A stretch of 63,462 nucleotides of DNA, filler included, from Stramenopiles sp. TOSAG23-3 (taxonomy: Eukaryota), in NCBI GenBank assembly GCA_900128585.1. It is 9 parts of 9 records of this genome, joined end to end, with 100 filler letters (N's around TTAATTAATTAA, not from the genome) between each part and the next. Parts side by side here need not be neighbours in the genome. Positions count along the whole stretch, not along the records: positions 9,789 to 19,457 come from LT642893.1; positions 19,558 to 29,223 come from LT642894.1; 7 more parts are not named here. One strand, 5' to 3'. The notes below the pieces were generated by a model. The model was given only the letters and a program-made list of their open reading frames with translations, searched no databases and was not told where the DNA came from. The translations under genes were made by a program, and so were the position numbers. Positions within the stretch are counted from its first letter, which is position 1. Each line of letters begins with the position of its first letter. Positions 10,216 through 21,058 of the stretch are shown one piece after another.

Positions 10216-12279
10216 ATGAAAATCATCGACAAGATCTTGCAAACGTACGCGGACGGAGGGACGACCGTCTCCTTCGAGTACTTCCCTGCGAAAACGGAAG
10301 CAGGCGTGTCCAACTTGTTGAACCGCATCAGCGATATGAACGCAAAGCTGCAGCCAACATTTGTAACATTAACCTGGCGAAGTGCGTTTAAAAACGAAAA
10401 CCTGTGGCTGAAGATCGGAAAAGAAATTCAAACCTACGGCCTGGACGTGTTGCTGCACTTGACGTGCCACTTGCCGAAAGAGGACCTGAAGCGTGTCCTG
10501 AGGAACGCCCGCGAGGCTGGCATCCAAAACATTCTCGCGCTACGCGGAGACCCGCCCATCGGCGAGGACAAATGGAAGCCATGCGAAGGCGGGTTTCGGA
10601 ACGCCATTGAATTGGTAAAACTGATCCGGGAAGAGCACGGGGATTATTTTTGCGTCGCCATCGCCTGTTACCCAGAGGTCCACACGGACGGGTGGAACAG
10701 TTCGCACCTTCCCCCGTCCGAGAAGACGCAGATCGACGACCTGCAGCGGTTGAAAGAGAAAGTTGACGCCGGGGCGGACTTCATGATATCTCAATTTTTT
10801 TTCGACGTCGAGAACTACATTTCCTACATCAAGAAGTGCCGCACCGTGGGCATCAGCATTCCCATCTTGCCAGGGTATTTGCCGATACAAAATTACCGCA
10901 GCTTTGAAAAATTCACCGGGTGGTGCAAGACCGTAGTGCCCCCGGAGATAAAGCAGGCGCTGCAGAAAATAAAGGACAACGATGAGGCGGTCAAAGCCTT
11001 CGGCATTGACCTCGGGATCCGCACGATGAAAACGCTCCTGGACTCTTGCCTGAACCACAACGTAGGCTTCCGTTCTCTGCATTTCTACACCATGAACCTA
11101 TCGCTGGCAGTGACACGAATTTTGGACGGCCTGGACATGCTCCCAGCGTTGAGGGACCGCACCCTGCCCTGGGCCGGTTCCCGAAAAGAAGGGAAGGAGG
11201 ACGTGCGCCCAATCTTTTGGGCACAGAGGGAGGCAAGCTACCTGTCACGAACCGCTGGGTGGGACGAGTACCCGAATGGTCGGTGGGGCGACAATAGCAG
11301 TCCAGCGTACGGGGAGCTGACGGATTACTACCTGGCGTACAAGCGGCCGGCGAAGAGTCAGCTGAAACAGTGGGGCACCCCCGCCGACGAGAACGGGGTG
11401 GAGCAGGTCTTTGTAAATTTCATCGACGGAAAGGTCAAGATGCTGCCGTGGTGCGACCAGACCCTGACGGACGAGTCTACAGGGATATCGAGGCACCTGA
11501 GGGCGATGAACGAGGCTGGATTTTTGACGATCAACAGCCAGCCCAAAGTGGACGCCGCATCCTCCACGGACGCCGTGTACGGGTGGGGCGGGGAAGGGGG
11601 CTACGTGTTTCAAAAGGCGTACGTAGAGTTTTTTTGCAGCAAACAGCTGCTGGATCGTTTGGTTGCCCTGATGCCCAAGTACCCGCTGCTGTCGTACCAT
11701 GCGAGGAACAGGAACGGCGAGGAGATACTGAACACGCGGGAAGGGGCGAACGCGGTCACGTGGGGGGTTTTCCCTGGTCGGGAGATTATTCAACCCACTG
11801 TGGTGGACACCGGCAGCTTCCGCGTATGGTCCCATGAAGCGTTTGAACTGTGGGGCCAGTGGGAGAAGATCTACAAAGTGCTCCAGCCGAGCGACGAAGG
11901 GTACGAAGCGGAAAAGGCTAAGGCCCAGGCCCAGGCACGATCGATCATTTCTAACGTTCGGGACTCCTACTACCTCGTCAACATAGTGGACAACGACTAC
12001 ACGTCACAAGATACGGACATTTTTGACATTTTTCACGAAGTCATAACGAGCATGATGTCGAAGGAGCAGCTTCAGACAAAACTGTACAGCGTGGAAAACG
12101 AGAACACTAAGATTTATAGGCAGTTCCAGGACATGAGGCGCCTTCAAGACCAGACAGAGAAAGAATTCGAAAAGTCAAACGAGAAAGTGGTGGCCCTACA
12201 GAAGCAAATAGTTGACTTGCAGACGAGGCTGCGGCAACAGCAGGCCCAGGCACTGAGTCAAATGACGTCGAGAAGGTGA
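10216..12279 (+). CDS. MTHFR: Methylenetetrahydrofolate reductase, eukaryotic type (catalytic plus SAM-binding regulatory domain), with an extra C-terminal coiled coil
   Basis: SFEYFPAKT, HLTC, NILALRGDPP, KVDAGADF, HFYTMN, WDEYPNGRWG, TINSQP and VTWGVFPGREIIQPTVVD. Confidence 0.97.
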   Translation: MKIIDKILQTYADGGTTVSFEYFPAKTEAGVSNLLNRISDMNAKLQPTFVTLTWRSAFKNENLWLKIGKEIQTYGLDVLLHLTCHLPKEDLKRVLRNAREAGIQNILALRGDPPIGEDKWKPCEGGFRNAIELVKLIREEHGDYFCVAIACYPEVHTDGWNSSHLPPSEKTQIDDLQRLKEKVDAGADFMISQFFFDVENYISYIKKCRTVGISIPILPGYLPIQNYRSFEKFTGWCKTVVPPEIKQALQKIKDNDEAVKAFGIDLGIRTMKTLLDSCLNHNVGFRSLHFYTMNLSLAVTRILDGLDMLPALRDRTLPWAGSRKEGKEDVRPIFWAQREASYLSRTAGWDEYPNGRWGDNSSPAYGELTDYYLAYKRPAKSQLKQWGTPADENGVEQVFVNFIDGKVKMLPWCDQTLTDESTGISRHLRAMNEAGFLTINSQPKVDAASSTDAVYGWGGEGGYVFQKAYVEFFCSKQLLDRLVALMPKYPLLSYHARNRNGEEILNTREGANAVTWGVFPGREIIQPTVVDTGSFRVWSHEAFELWGQWEKIYKVLQPSDEGYEAEKAKAQAQARSIISNVRDSYYLVNIVDNDYTSQDTDIFDIFHEVITSMMSKEQLQTKLYSVENENTKIYRQFQDMRRLQDQTEKEFEKSNEKVVALQKQIVDLQTRLRQQQAQALSQMTSRR

Positions 12280-12545
12280 GAGTCGCGTGGAAGCACCATT
12301 TTGTTGGCATCGTGCATAATAACACTTATTTTTTAAACCCAGCTGTCATATTATTGAATTTATCTTCTTCATGTATCGCGAATTTATTTCTGCTCCTTGT
12401 TGTCCAGTAAAGTTTTAGTTCCTTCACATGTACTGCTGATATAATTTATTTCTGTTCCTGTGGCCTTTTTATTGTTATAAAACTAAATTAATTTATAAAG
12501 AATTGTATAGGTTTTTTTATCAGTAAAATTTCTTTTTCGCCACCC

Positions 12546-13268
12546 TCAATTGTTTCTCCGCACGACCGCCTGACGAAACGTCACGCTTGCTAAAATGAGG
12601 ATGGATAACATTATAAACAAATCGTCTACAAACCCGACTATTCCAAAGACTCCCTCTGGTATTAAATCTAACGGTGAGAGTAAGTAGAGCAAAGCAAAAA
12701 TAAACAGGAGAAAAAGTCGAAACCTTGTTGCCAACCTCAAACCTCTCGTGGAAAAACACTCTACCAGGATGCGGCGTATAAGTTCCGGGGCATCCGTTAT
12801 GTACTCCCAAGAAGTTCGAGGCAGGCTTCCGTGCAATCGATTAAACCGCCGTATCCTGCCAATCTGTTGCACAGAGTCAGGACTGCTGTCGTCGAAGTTC
12901 GGGAACAGCAAATTTACACGCTGCCGGCAGCAGGGACACTTCGTATTTGTACGTCTCTGGTGATGTTCCCAAAAAGACAAAAAGCACATCAAATCGAACG
13001 TATGGCCACAATTTGTTGTCACAGAATGTTCCGACAGGTTGTTCAAGCATATGGGACAATCGTCCTGCGCGCTGCCGTATGCAGTTGGTCTTTGGAAATT
13101 GGCTGGAACAGCCCGCCGACGAATGTCTGCCCTCAAAGCATCTGAAATGTTTGCTGACCTCACTGTCCGGCAGTACAACCACAGAGCACCAAAGGTCGCC
13201 GAGCAGCAAAGGACCCAAACCAACAGGAAGACGATCACTTCGTCCCCAAACCCTTGCACATACGACAT
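12546..13268 (-). CDS. RNF170: RNF170-like ER membrane RING E3 ligase (N-terminal TM, RING-HC, DUF1232)
   Basis: CPIC..CGHTFD..C..CPCCR RING and YLLSPLDLIPE..FG.VGFVDD. Probable 5'-UTR intron at 13286-13334 (GTAGGC...TTTTCCTGCAG). Confidence 0.85.
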   Translation of the reverse strand: MSYVQGFGDEVIVFLLVWVLCCSATFGALWLYCRTVRSANISDALRADIRRRAVPANFQRPTAYGSAQDDCPICLNNLSEHSVTTNCGHTFDLMCFLSFWEHHQRRTNTKCPCCRQRVNLLFPNFDDSSPDSVQQIGRIRRFNRLHGSLPRTSWEYITDAPELIRRILVECFSTRGLRLATRFRLFLLFIFALLYLLSPLDLIPEGVFGIVGFVDDLFIMLSILILASVTFRQAVVRRNN

Positions 13269-13500
13269 TCACAAATTCATTCAAACTGCAGGAAAAGCAG
13301 GTTGGTTTAGTTTGACAATACGAAAGCTGCCTACCTTGACGCGAGCCAGAACCTGTGCTCCGATTTTAATCAAAAGAAAGAAGCATTGACAGCTTGAGTA
13401 AAAAGAAGGGTTTTGATTTCTGTTACTTTGAGTTAGACTCGAACTCTTCTTTGTGATGACGATGTTTCATTATTGTTCAATATTTTAAATTTAAATTAAA

Positions 13501-13526
13501 TAATAACAGCCAATTTTCTTGTTTTT
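13501..13526 (-). other. Conserved intergenic element, copy 2
   Basis: Reverse complement reads AAAAACAAGAAAATTGGCTGTTATTA. Confidence 0.9.
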
Positions 13527-13590
13527 AAAATAATAATAAAAAAAAAAGGTTTCTTCTTTTATTAATTATTTAAGGCCAGATTTATATTTT

Positions 13591-13676
13591 TTGTTTGTTC
13601 TGCTGGAAGTTTTGTTCAAGACCTGCCAGTAGCACCCGTTCAAGGGTTGATAACAAGAATAAAAGAGCGAGCAGGG
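13591..13676 (+). ncRNA. Candidate structured RNA or tRNA-derived element
   Basis: Closing stem 13591-13600/13665-13674 with G.U pairs, two inner hairpins each with GTTC in the loop, and a B-box-like GTTCAAGACC; folded by eye only. Confidence 0.25.
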
Positions 13677-13746
13677 CTTGGGATAGATAAAATATTTCAT
13701 CACACCACATCACACTAAGGTATCTCCCATTTTAGTAAAATTATTT

Positions 13747-13813
13747 AAAAAAAACTAAATGATATAGTATCATATGTTTTAAGACTCTCAAGATTATTCC
13801 AATTGTAGAACTG
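13747..13813 (+). repeat. ~65-bp dispersed repeat, copy A
   Basis: Shares the exact 24-mer ATGTTTTAAGACTCTCAAGATTAT and similar flanks with 38776-38837. Confidence 0.85.
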
Positions 13814-14169
13814 ATCTAATTTTGCGACTGCTAAAATTCATATCACTTAAAAAGTCGGTCGGTACCTCCTTTGTCGTTCCTACGATATTGTATCATTCGA
13901 CCCTATCCCACAGTCATAATCTTCAAAACTTGGTACCATCTCGTCTGGTTGTTTATTTATATTTGCTTTTGCACATCTTAAATATGGTGGCCTGCTAAGA
14001 GAGTACAATATTTTTAATTTAAAGAAGGTCCAGCTTTATATTTAATCATTCCATACAATTTAAAAAAAAAAATCATTCCAGTCCTTTACTCATTACGCAC
14101 ATCTCACTCCAAACAGAGTTTGTTCCTCGTACCAATTCTTCATCTAGTAGTGTTTACACACGCTGTGGA

Positions 14170-17052
14170 TTAGCCCACCCTCCCTCTGCTCTCCATCTCC
14201 ATCTGCGCCCTCGCCATTTCCTGGTACAATTCCAGATTGTGTTCGTACTCCCACACGCTCGGGTGGCACCAGCCATACATTACACCGAGGGCTTTGCATC
14301 GCGCGTATAGGGCTTTTTTCCGATTCGTGATGACTCCGGGGGACATGTCGGAGTGCATGTCGAACTTGTGCTGAAAATCTAAAATAAACTGTTCGCTCTT
14401 GTCCTCGTCCACCAGTATTTGCTTTAGGCCTGTCGCAAACCTTTGGGCGTCCGTCAGGGAGAACAGTACGGAAGTTTTCGATGTAGGGACATATGTTCCA
14501 TAACTTCTGCGAAGGCGGACCAGAATTTCCGCCTGCGTTTCTGGAAACTGTTGGTAGGTTAAGCTATCATTTCTGTCGGTATCCTTGTCTTGGGTCTGGG
14601 TTACCGCCAGCAGAAGGCTCGGCATCCCTCCACCTTTTTCCGTTGCTTTCTTTTCCCGACCGTATTGCATCGTGTTTGAGTACTGTTCCAACAGCGGCCG
14701 GCCCGAGAAGCGAACAAAATCCGACAGGCTAAGCATGCCGTCGTTGTCGAGGTCCGCCCGGCTCAAAACTTGCCTTAAAATGGTCAAGTTTGGTGGAGTT
14801 TCATTCAAAAGCGCGCCCAACTTGCCCAGGCCATGAATCGTTATTTTTTCTGACTTCACGTTACGGATTTCTTTGTGAATTTCTTCGCACAAGGGCTTGG
14901 TCATGTAGATGCATTCGAGCTCGTACATCGTGTCGTGCAGAAACTCTAAATACTTTTTGTGGCAAGAAAACGACCAATCTTTTTTGCGAAGCATGGTCAA
15001 ACCGTTCGTCAACGCCAAACAAAACTGTTTTTTGCTCATGTAGTACGTTTTTTCGTGATGTCCGCCAAATGTAATGTCTTGTTCACCTTCAGGGTCAGGA
15101 AGCTCGCCAGGATTCTTCTTTATATCGGCGTAGAATTCTTGAAACACGGATTTTACATTCGAAATTACCGTCGAACGGTACGGCCGGATCGACCCCGAAT
15201 CGAACACTTCGCTTTCTCGATTTGTAAACGCCACGAGGTACTCGTGGTCCGGGCTATCCAATATACTACTGTCGTCACTGTCACTGTCATCTGACATGTC
15301 CGAATCCTCTTTTTTAACGTCAATTTTCTTGATGACTATGCCCTCTTGACTGTCGCCCTCATCGCCAACCTTCACGGTAACGACATCGCCGACTCTGGGG
15401 GTTAGCGAAGACGACGATCCCTTGAAATGGTTGCAAACGACAAGCCGTTTTCTAATGTCATGGCCGGGTTTGAATTTGTCGAAGAGATGGATTTTTTTCC
15501 GCTTAGATTTGTGTTCCTTTAGATGGACCATCAGTTCGTCCGTGGTTATGGAGTCTTTGAACATCTTTATTTTCTGCGCTCGAAGCGAAGAAAGTTCATC
15601 GTTTATATCGTTGCAGCAAAATTTTATTTCTTCCATGTACTCATCGTTGTTTGGAAACGGGGAAAGGAAGTGGTCGAATACGCCCGTCTCAATGTCTCGC
15701 AGTTCTGGCGACGAGCACAATACACAATACTTTTTTGTCTCCTTAGAGATAACTCGCCGTATGATTTTCGGCTTGTCCGTTTCCGACCCTGCGGCCGCCC
15801 CTTCTTCGACTTTCTTTAATATCTTTTCAATCTCTTTCACAACCTTGGTGTACCGATTTCCAGTCTTGTACGCGTCCCTCAGGTGAAGCCTTTTCTCCCC
15901 CCCCCCCACCAAAAATTCAAAGAGTGAATCTCCTCCCTCGATGTTGTAAATGGACAGGTTCGTAGCGTCTAGAATTGGCTCTCCATTTCTTTTTCTTTCT
16001 TTGTTTTCTATCGCCACCTGCTCGTCTATGAATTTTGACATACACGGGGGACAGTAGGTTTCGCTCAAGTAGACATTTCTAATCCAAGAACGTTTTAAAT
16101 ACTTCCCAGAGCACCCACTATAGGTGCATTTTTCCTTCTTCCCCCATAGAATATTTACAGCGTGATCAACTTTTTTAAATGCGCTAAAAATGGACCCTCT
16201 CATTGTCGAGCGCTTTGAAGCGTCCTGTGAATCAGGGTCTGCTTCATCGTTTTCGGCCGGCGTGGAAGTGCGAACGTAATCCAGGAAATGTACACTGTCT
16301 TTGGGATCTTTTCGCATTTTCTTTAATCTCTGAGAAAGGCTGATAATGATCCTTTTCTGAAGCTCGTCAATGTCCGACTTGGCGAACAGTATCTGGTGCT
16401 CAGAGTACGCTTTGATGCCCGCCCGCTCGTCAGATTCTACCATGTCCTGCAATTCCTGGCTGACGTCTTTTGCGCTCAGGTCGATTGCACCGGAGTGCTC
16501 ACTGTACAATTCATCCAGATGTTTTATTGCCGCCGCAATGTAAACGTGGGGTTTCTCCGCAGCCAGCGCATTTCGGTTGACGTTTGCAGTAGAGTGAGCT
16601 TCAGCAGTGTCGTCCACACCGTCGTCGGTTATGGCCTGCTTTGTTTCGACCAGTGGTCGCCTGTTCGTCAGCTCGTCTTTATTGTCTTTATTGAAGTAAC
16701 GGTACCCGCAAGAAGGTATTCCGTAAAATTGGTACGCTTTCATGTACAAAATAGCATCGTAAATCTTTTCGGCCAATTGTAAAATTTCAAATACTTTTTT
16801 GTACGAGGAAAAGTCTGACTTTTGCAGACGCTCGTGCAGAGCATCGAGTATTTCCTGAGAAGTCGGGTCGTACAGTTTCCGCTTCGCATCACTAAATTTT
16901 TTCAGAGCTTCCACTATGGAAGAATATGATTCCTGGTCGTCAAGTACGTACAAAGCATTATTCAATCGAACCCCCTCCGCCAACTCGTACATAATTTCTA
17001 TAAAGCCATGGTCCCCTGCGTCAACAGAAAATCGTCGAAGGAGGTCGCTCAT
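14170..17052 (-). CDS. Large hypothetical protein with an EF-hand and a Tudor/SH3-like segment
   Basis: 960-aa ORF; ADLDNDGMLSLSDF EF-hand loop; VGDVVTVK...EGIV...YLVAF segment. Confidence 0.7.
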   Translation of the reverse strand: MSDLLRRFSVDAGDHGFIEIMYELAEGVRLNNALYVLDDQESYSSIVEALKKFSDAKRKLYDPTSQEILDALHERLQKSDFSSYKKVFEILQLAEKIYDAILYMKAYQFYGIPSCGYRYFNKDNKDELTNRRPLVETKQAITDDGVDDTAEAHSTANVNRNALAAEKPHVYIAAAIKHLDELYSEHSGAIDLSAKDVSQELQDMVESDERAGIKAYSEHQILFAKSDIDELQKRIIISLSQRLKKMRKDPKDSVHFLDYVRTSTPAENDEADPDSQDASKRSTMRGSIFSAFKKVDHAVNILWGKKEKCTYSGCSGKYLKRSWIRNVYLSETYCPPCMSKFIDEQVAIENKERKRNGEPILDATNLSIYNIEGGDSLFEFLVGGGEKRLHLRDAYKTGNRYTKVVKEIEKILKKVEEGAAAGSETDKPKIIRRVISKETKKYCVLCSSPELRDIETGVFDHFLSPFPNNDEYMEEIKFCCNDINDELSSLRAQKIKMFKDSITTDELMVHLKEHKSKRKKIHLFDKFKPGHDIRKRLVVCNHFKGSSSSLTPRVGDVVTVKVGDEGDSQEGIVIKKIDVKKEDSDMSDDSDSDDSSILDSPDHEYLVAFTNRESEVFDSGSIRPYRSTVISNVKSVFQEFYADIKKNPGELPDPEGEQDITFGGHHEKTYYMSKKQFCLALTNGLTMLRKKDWSFSCHKKYLEFLHDTMYELECIYMTKPLCEEIHKEIRNVKSEKITIHGLGKLGALLNETPPNLTILRQVLSRADLDNDGMLSLSDFVRFSGRPLLEQYSNTMQYGREKKATEKGGGMPSLLLAVTQTQDKDTDRNDSLTYQQFPETQAEILVRLRRSYGTYVPTSKTSVLFSLTDAQRFATGLKQILVDEDKSEQFILDFQHKFDMHSDMSPGVITNRKKALYARCKALGVMYGWCHPSVWEYEHNLELYQEMARAQMEMESRGRVG

Positions 17053-17960
17053 CGGGTGCCTGTCTCCAGAAACGCAAAGTTACTTACCTCGCGGCGAAAG
17101 AGAAGGGGAATGTGAGGGGAATGTTTTTAGGGTGGCAAAGAAGTCAAAACGCTACGAGAAGTTTTTGTTACATTGAAAAGAACGAATCGTCTAAGGGGAC
17201 ACGAAAGGGAACTGCTTGGTAGATAATAAAAACTGCTACTATTGTTACTAAAACGTAGTTTTTTCCATCATATATCATCTTCTTCTATAATAATAATAAA
17301 AAAAAAAATAATAAAAAAAAATAGTAGTAGATCTTTTTTTATTATACTGTACGTGTGTATTATTATATTTTACAGTATTTTTTAAAAATAAAAAAAAAAT
17401 AATAAAAAATAAAATAAAACCCTAATCCTAACAAATATAACGAGGATTGGTTGAGACCGGCACCTGCAACCCTTTTATTACAGGGCACACCATGATCATT
17501 TATCAACAAGCAACAAGCATCAAAACACTGCTGGCTGCTGGAGGAGTGGCCTAAAAATAAGGCCTAACGACGTAATAAGTAATAAGCTTACGTACGTACT
17601 AAAAATAAACCCTAACATAAACCCTAACAATAAGTAGACGACTAGTAAATTAGACTAAGAAGAAGTTTATTTATATATAGAAGAAGAAGAAAGAGAGAGA
17701 AAAGAAAGATGATGATGAATTGAAGAATGAGAGATATATCTTCTCAATTATTATTAATAAATATAAATAATAATTATATATTTTACTACAAGGGAGTAAA
17801 GAACAAGGAGATCAACATTATGTTGTGAGAAATTATACCGCTGAATCACCGTTGATGAATTTGTCTACAAATTGTGAAAATCGTCCGAAAAGAATCTTCA
17901 TAATTTAACCGCGAAAGTCAACAGACATAAGCACACATTTTGTTTTTTACTGGACGACGA

Positions 17961-19109
17961 ATGAGTCAGCCGAAGAAACAGTGGCTGCCAACTGCAGCCA
18001 ATGCGAGAAGCGCAGATCACCTTGACTGGACTGCAAAGCAAGGGAGAATCGTGACAGGATCCAAACGTGCAGACACTCTCTACGTTCCTGAGAGAGGTTT
18101 TCCGTTCAGTGAGTTCGAATTGCCGCATTTTCATAAAATGAAAAACACCACTCACAGCGCGTTCAAAGAGTGGAAGGAGCAGGGAAGGACGTCCGACTTG
18201 GTAGTCGGGGCGTGGAGCAGACCACTGTTTGTTGGAGGCTGGGAACACACGACAGACAAGGACGAGACGGTGATGAACCTGCAGACTATGACACTGTTTA
18301 TAGATTTTAGAATACCAACGAAACGACCTAATTTTTCCGGTGCCTCCAGTCTATCGCACTTAACGGACATTCAGCTGCGACACTTCGCACGACAGCACGT
18401 ATTTGGCGGATACACGCTGCCCACGATTAGCGAAAAAAACGGCCGTCCACTGTGTACGCGGCATCACTGTATAGATTGGAACTTTGTCGGTGCGCCGAGA
18501 AGCCGCCCCAACAAATGGTACGTTGAAATTGACAAGACTAGTAGGAATGTATGGAAAGAATGGTCGTTTGCAACAGACGAGAACGCCCAACACTATTATT
18601 GGGAACGGTGGCAACGGTACGACGAAGACGGTAATTTTGGTGGCCAGAATTCCAATAACAGCCCCGTTATTGCACTACGGCGCAGTCCAAACAATGCGCA
18701 CAAAAGGGATGGCCTTTTGATTATTGTCGGCAAGCATTTCAACTATCTGCACGATCGATTAGCAGTAACTGTACCAGGACTTAGTGGAGGGAACAGCCCG
18801 ACTGGTTTGGTAGGCATGGTCGATGCGGCCATAGCGCAAGGGAAAAGGACTTTGGCGGAACAGTACTTGTCCATTGAAGCGGGCCACGGTATACGGGATT
18901 CTGATGGAAAATTTGTCATTCACAACGATATACGCCCGTGGAACGAAGGCTCCGTATTTTTAGACCCAGAAAGAGACGACATACAGATCATTGATGAGAA
19001 GGTTGCCACAATTAATGGCGAAAGGTGGGATATTTTTGAATCGAACTTGAGCGTCGGCGCACTCCGGGCCATGTTCCAGGCGAGACGGCTTGGGTCTAGT
19101 AAACTATGA
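17961..19109 (+). CDS. Conserved hypothetical protein, possibly HRI1-like
   Basis: Trp-rich ORF with V.NLQT.TLFIDFRIP and YWERWQR motifs; first ATG at 17961. The family assignment is tentative. Confidence 0.6.
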   Translation: MSQPKKQWLPTAANARSADHLDWTAKQGRIVTGSKRADTLYVPERGFPFSEFELPHFHKMKNTTHSAFKEWKEQGRTSDLVVGAWSRPLFVGGWEHTTDKDETVMNLQTMTLFIDFRIPTKRPNFSGASSLSHLTDIQLRHFARQHVFGGYTLPTISEKNGRPLCTRHHCIDWNFVGAPRSRPNKWYVEIDKTSRNVWKEWSFATDENAQHYYWERWQRYDEDGNFGGQNSNNSPVIALRRSPNNAHKRDGLLIIVGKHFNYLHDRLAVTVPGLSGGNSPTGLVGMVDAAIAQGKRTLAEQYLSIEAGHGIRDSDGKFVIHNDIRPWNEGSVFLDPERDDIQIIDEKVATINGERWDIFESNLSVGALRAMFQARRLGSSKL

Positions 19110-19284
19110 TGGATTTCAAACAACCTGTAGAGTATTATTATTATTTGTTAAAAATCTAAATATAATGGTGTGTTCCTGCACTGACATTTCCTATTTTTTA
19201 TTTATACATCATCACATCACACACCTCTTACCATATCCCCCAAAAAGAAGAAGATATTATTGTAAATAATTTCTCTCTTTATTT

Positions 19285-19457
19285 TTTCTTCTTCTTTCTT
19301 CTTTCTTCTTCTTTCTTCTTTTTTCTTCTTCTTCTTCTTTCTTCTTTCTTCTTTCTTATTATTCTTCTTCTTCTTCTTTTTCCTTCTTCTTCTTCTTTCT
19401 TCTTCTTCTTCTTCTTCTTCTTTCTTCTTTCTTCTTCTTCTTCTTCTTCTTCTTCTT
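19285..19457. repeat. (TTC)n / pyrimidine microsatellite at contig end
   Basis: Directly visible. Similar tracts at 29324-29393 and 32900-33275, (GAA)n at 48471-48503 and (AAAGAAG)n at 58392-58463. Confidence 0.95.
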
Positions 19458-19557
19458 NNNNNNNNNNNNNNNNNNNNNNNNNNNNNNNNNNNNNNNNNNN
19501 NTTAATTAATTAANNNNNNNNNNNNNNNNNNNNNNNNNNNNNNNNNNNNNNNNNNNN

Positions 19558-20647
19558 AGACATGGGCGGGTGGACCGCGGCCGTTTACACCGCCGAGCAG
19601 CAGCGCCGGCTCGGCGTGGACGAGAGTGGGTCCAAGACGAAGGTTAGGGCCTTGGGCCCTGCTTGGACCCGCTCGAACATGGAAGCCCCTGCGGGCACGC
19701 GAAACGCTGGCGGCGGGTCCGTCGAAGCCTTCTATACGGTGGAGCAGCAGATCCGGTTGAAGGTGGACGAGGCGGGGCAGAAGCTTCCCGAAAAGCCAAA
19801 GGGACAGAGGGCCCTTGGGCCCAGGTGGACCTGGGACGCTTCCGTCGAAAAGCCGCAAGGTATGAAGGACATGGGCTCGTGGAACAAGCGGGTCTACACG
19901 GCGGAGCAGCAGAGGCGACTTTCGATCGACGAGGAGGGCAACAAGGTGCAGACCGAAGCCCGCACGGAGTTCGGGGCGTTTCCCACCACCCCGGGGGGCA
20001 CGGTGAAGCAAAACAACCTCTCTCGGCAAGTAAGCTTTGGGGAGTTCGACCCCTTGTCGTCCCCGAAAGCCCAGAAAAACGAACTGACACGTGCCCTCTC
20101 GTTCAAAGGCATGGCCCTGTTCCAGCAGGGGGTCGCGGCGGAAGATTCAGGGGAAGACGAGAGCGAAGTCAGCGAGGTCGGGGAGGACTACCTGCAAAAG
20201 ATGACCTCGTCCGAGACGGCCACCGCAACAAAGCAGCAAATGAAGTTCGACCGTGCGTGGGAGGCAAAGGAAAAAGTGACTGTGCCGGTGGGGTGGTCAA
20301 GGGACAGCGATGGCAACCTGATGGGGTCAATTTTGGAACGCGTGACGTCAAAGCGGTTCACCCGAAAGTGGGCGGAGCGGCAGTTTATTGTAAAGCCGGA
20401 GAGCATCGTGCTGATCAAAACCGACGCAGGCAAGAAAGGTGCATCGCGGACCGTGGAGATGGGCGAGTACACCGAAATTGGGGAAGTCCAGGAGAAGATT
20501 GATGGGAAAGACCGGTACCTCAGGATTAAAGTGACGAGCCAAAATCCATGGACGAACAAAGAGACCCTGCTTGCACAGTTTGGTGTGCCTGACGTGGACG
20601 TGGGAAAATTGGGCTTCCTGAGGAAAGAGTTGATTCGTTTGCTGTAA
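19558..20647 (+). CDS. 5'-truncated protein with YTxEQQxRL(G)VDExG repeats and a C-terminal PH-like domain
   Basis: Three copies of the repeat; GSILERVTSKRFTRKWAERQFIV resembles the first PH beta strands. Confidence 0.7.
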
Positions 20648-20681
20648 GGTGGTGGGTGAAGGCCCAGCTTTATTTTCATAT

Positions 20682-20709
20682 AAAAACAAGAAAATTGGCT
20701 GTTATTTAA
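20682..20709 (+). other. Conserved intergenic element, copy 3
   Basis: AAAAACAAGAAAATTGGCTGTTATTTAA, ~35 nt after the stop at 20647. Confidence 0.9.
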
Positions 20710-21058
20710 TTATTTTCATATATTTTTAAACAGTTTATACCATATATATAAAATCCATATAATTAGTTTTTTTTTTATAAAATCCAGTAAAACGTTTTAA
20801 AGCGTTTAGATAGAGTGTACTTCATGTTTAAAACAAAATAAAACGAGAACTGTGTTGGACTTATTTTTAGTACTCTTAGGGCTAGTAGTAGCGTAAGATA
20901 GCGTGTAATTAATTAAAACAATTGTACTTACCATATGCATATGATAGTATAAATATGATATATAATTTTTTTCTTCTTTCATAATATAAATTAAAAAGCG
21001 TGCAAGAATCTTTTACACACGCAATAGTTAAAACAAAATGTACAAACTCTCTCTTAAT

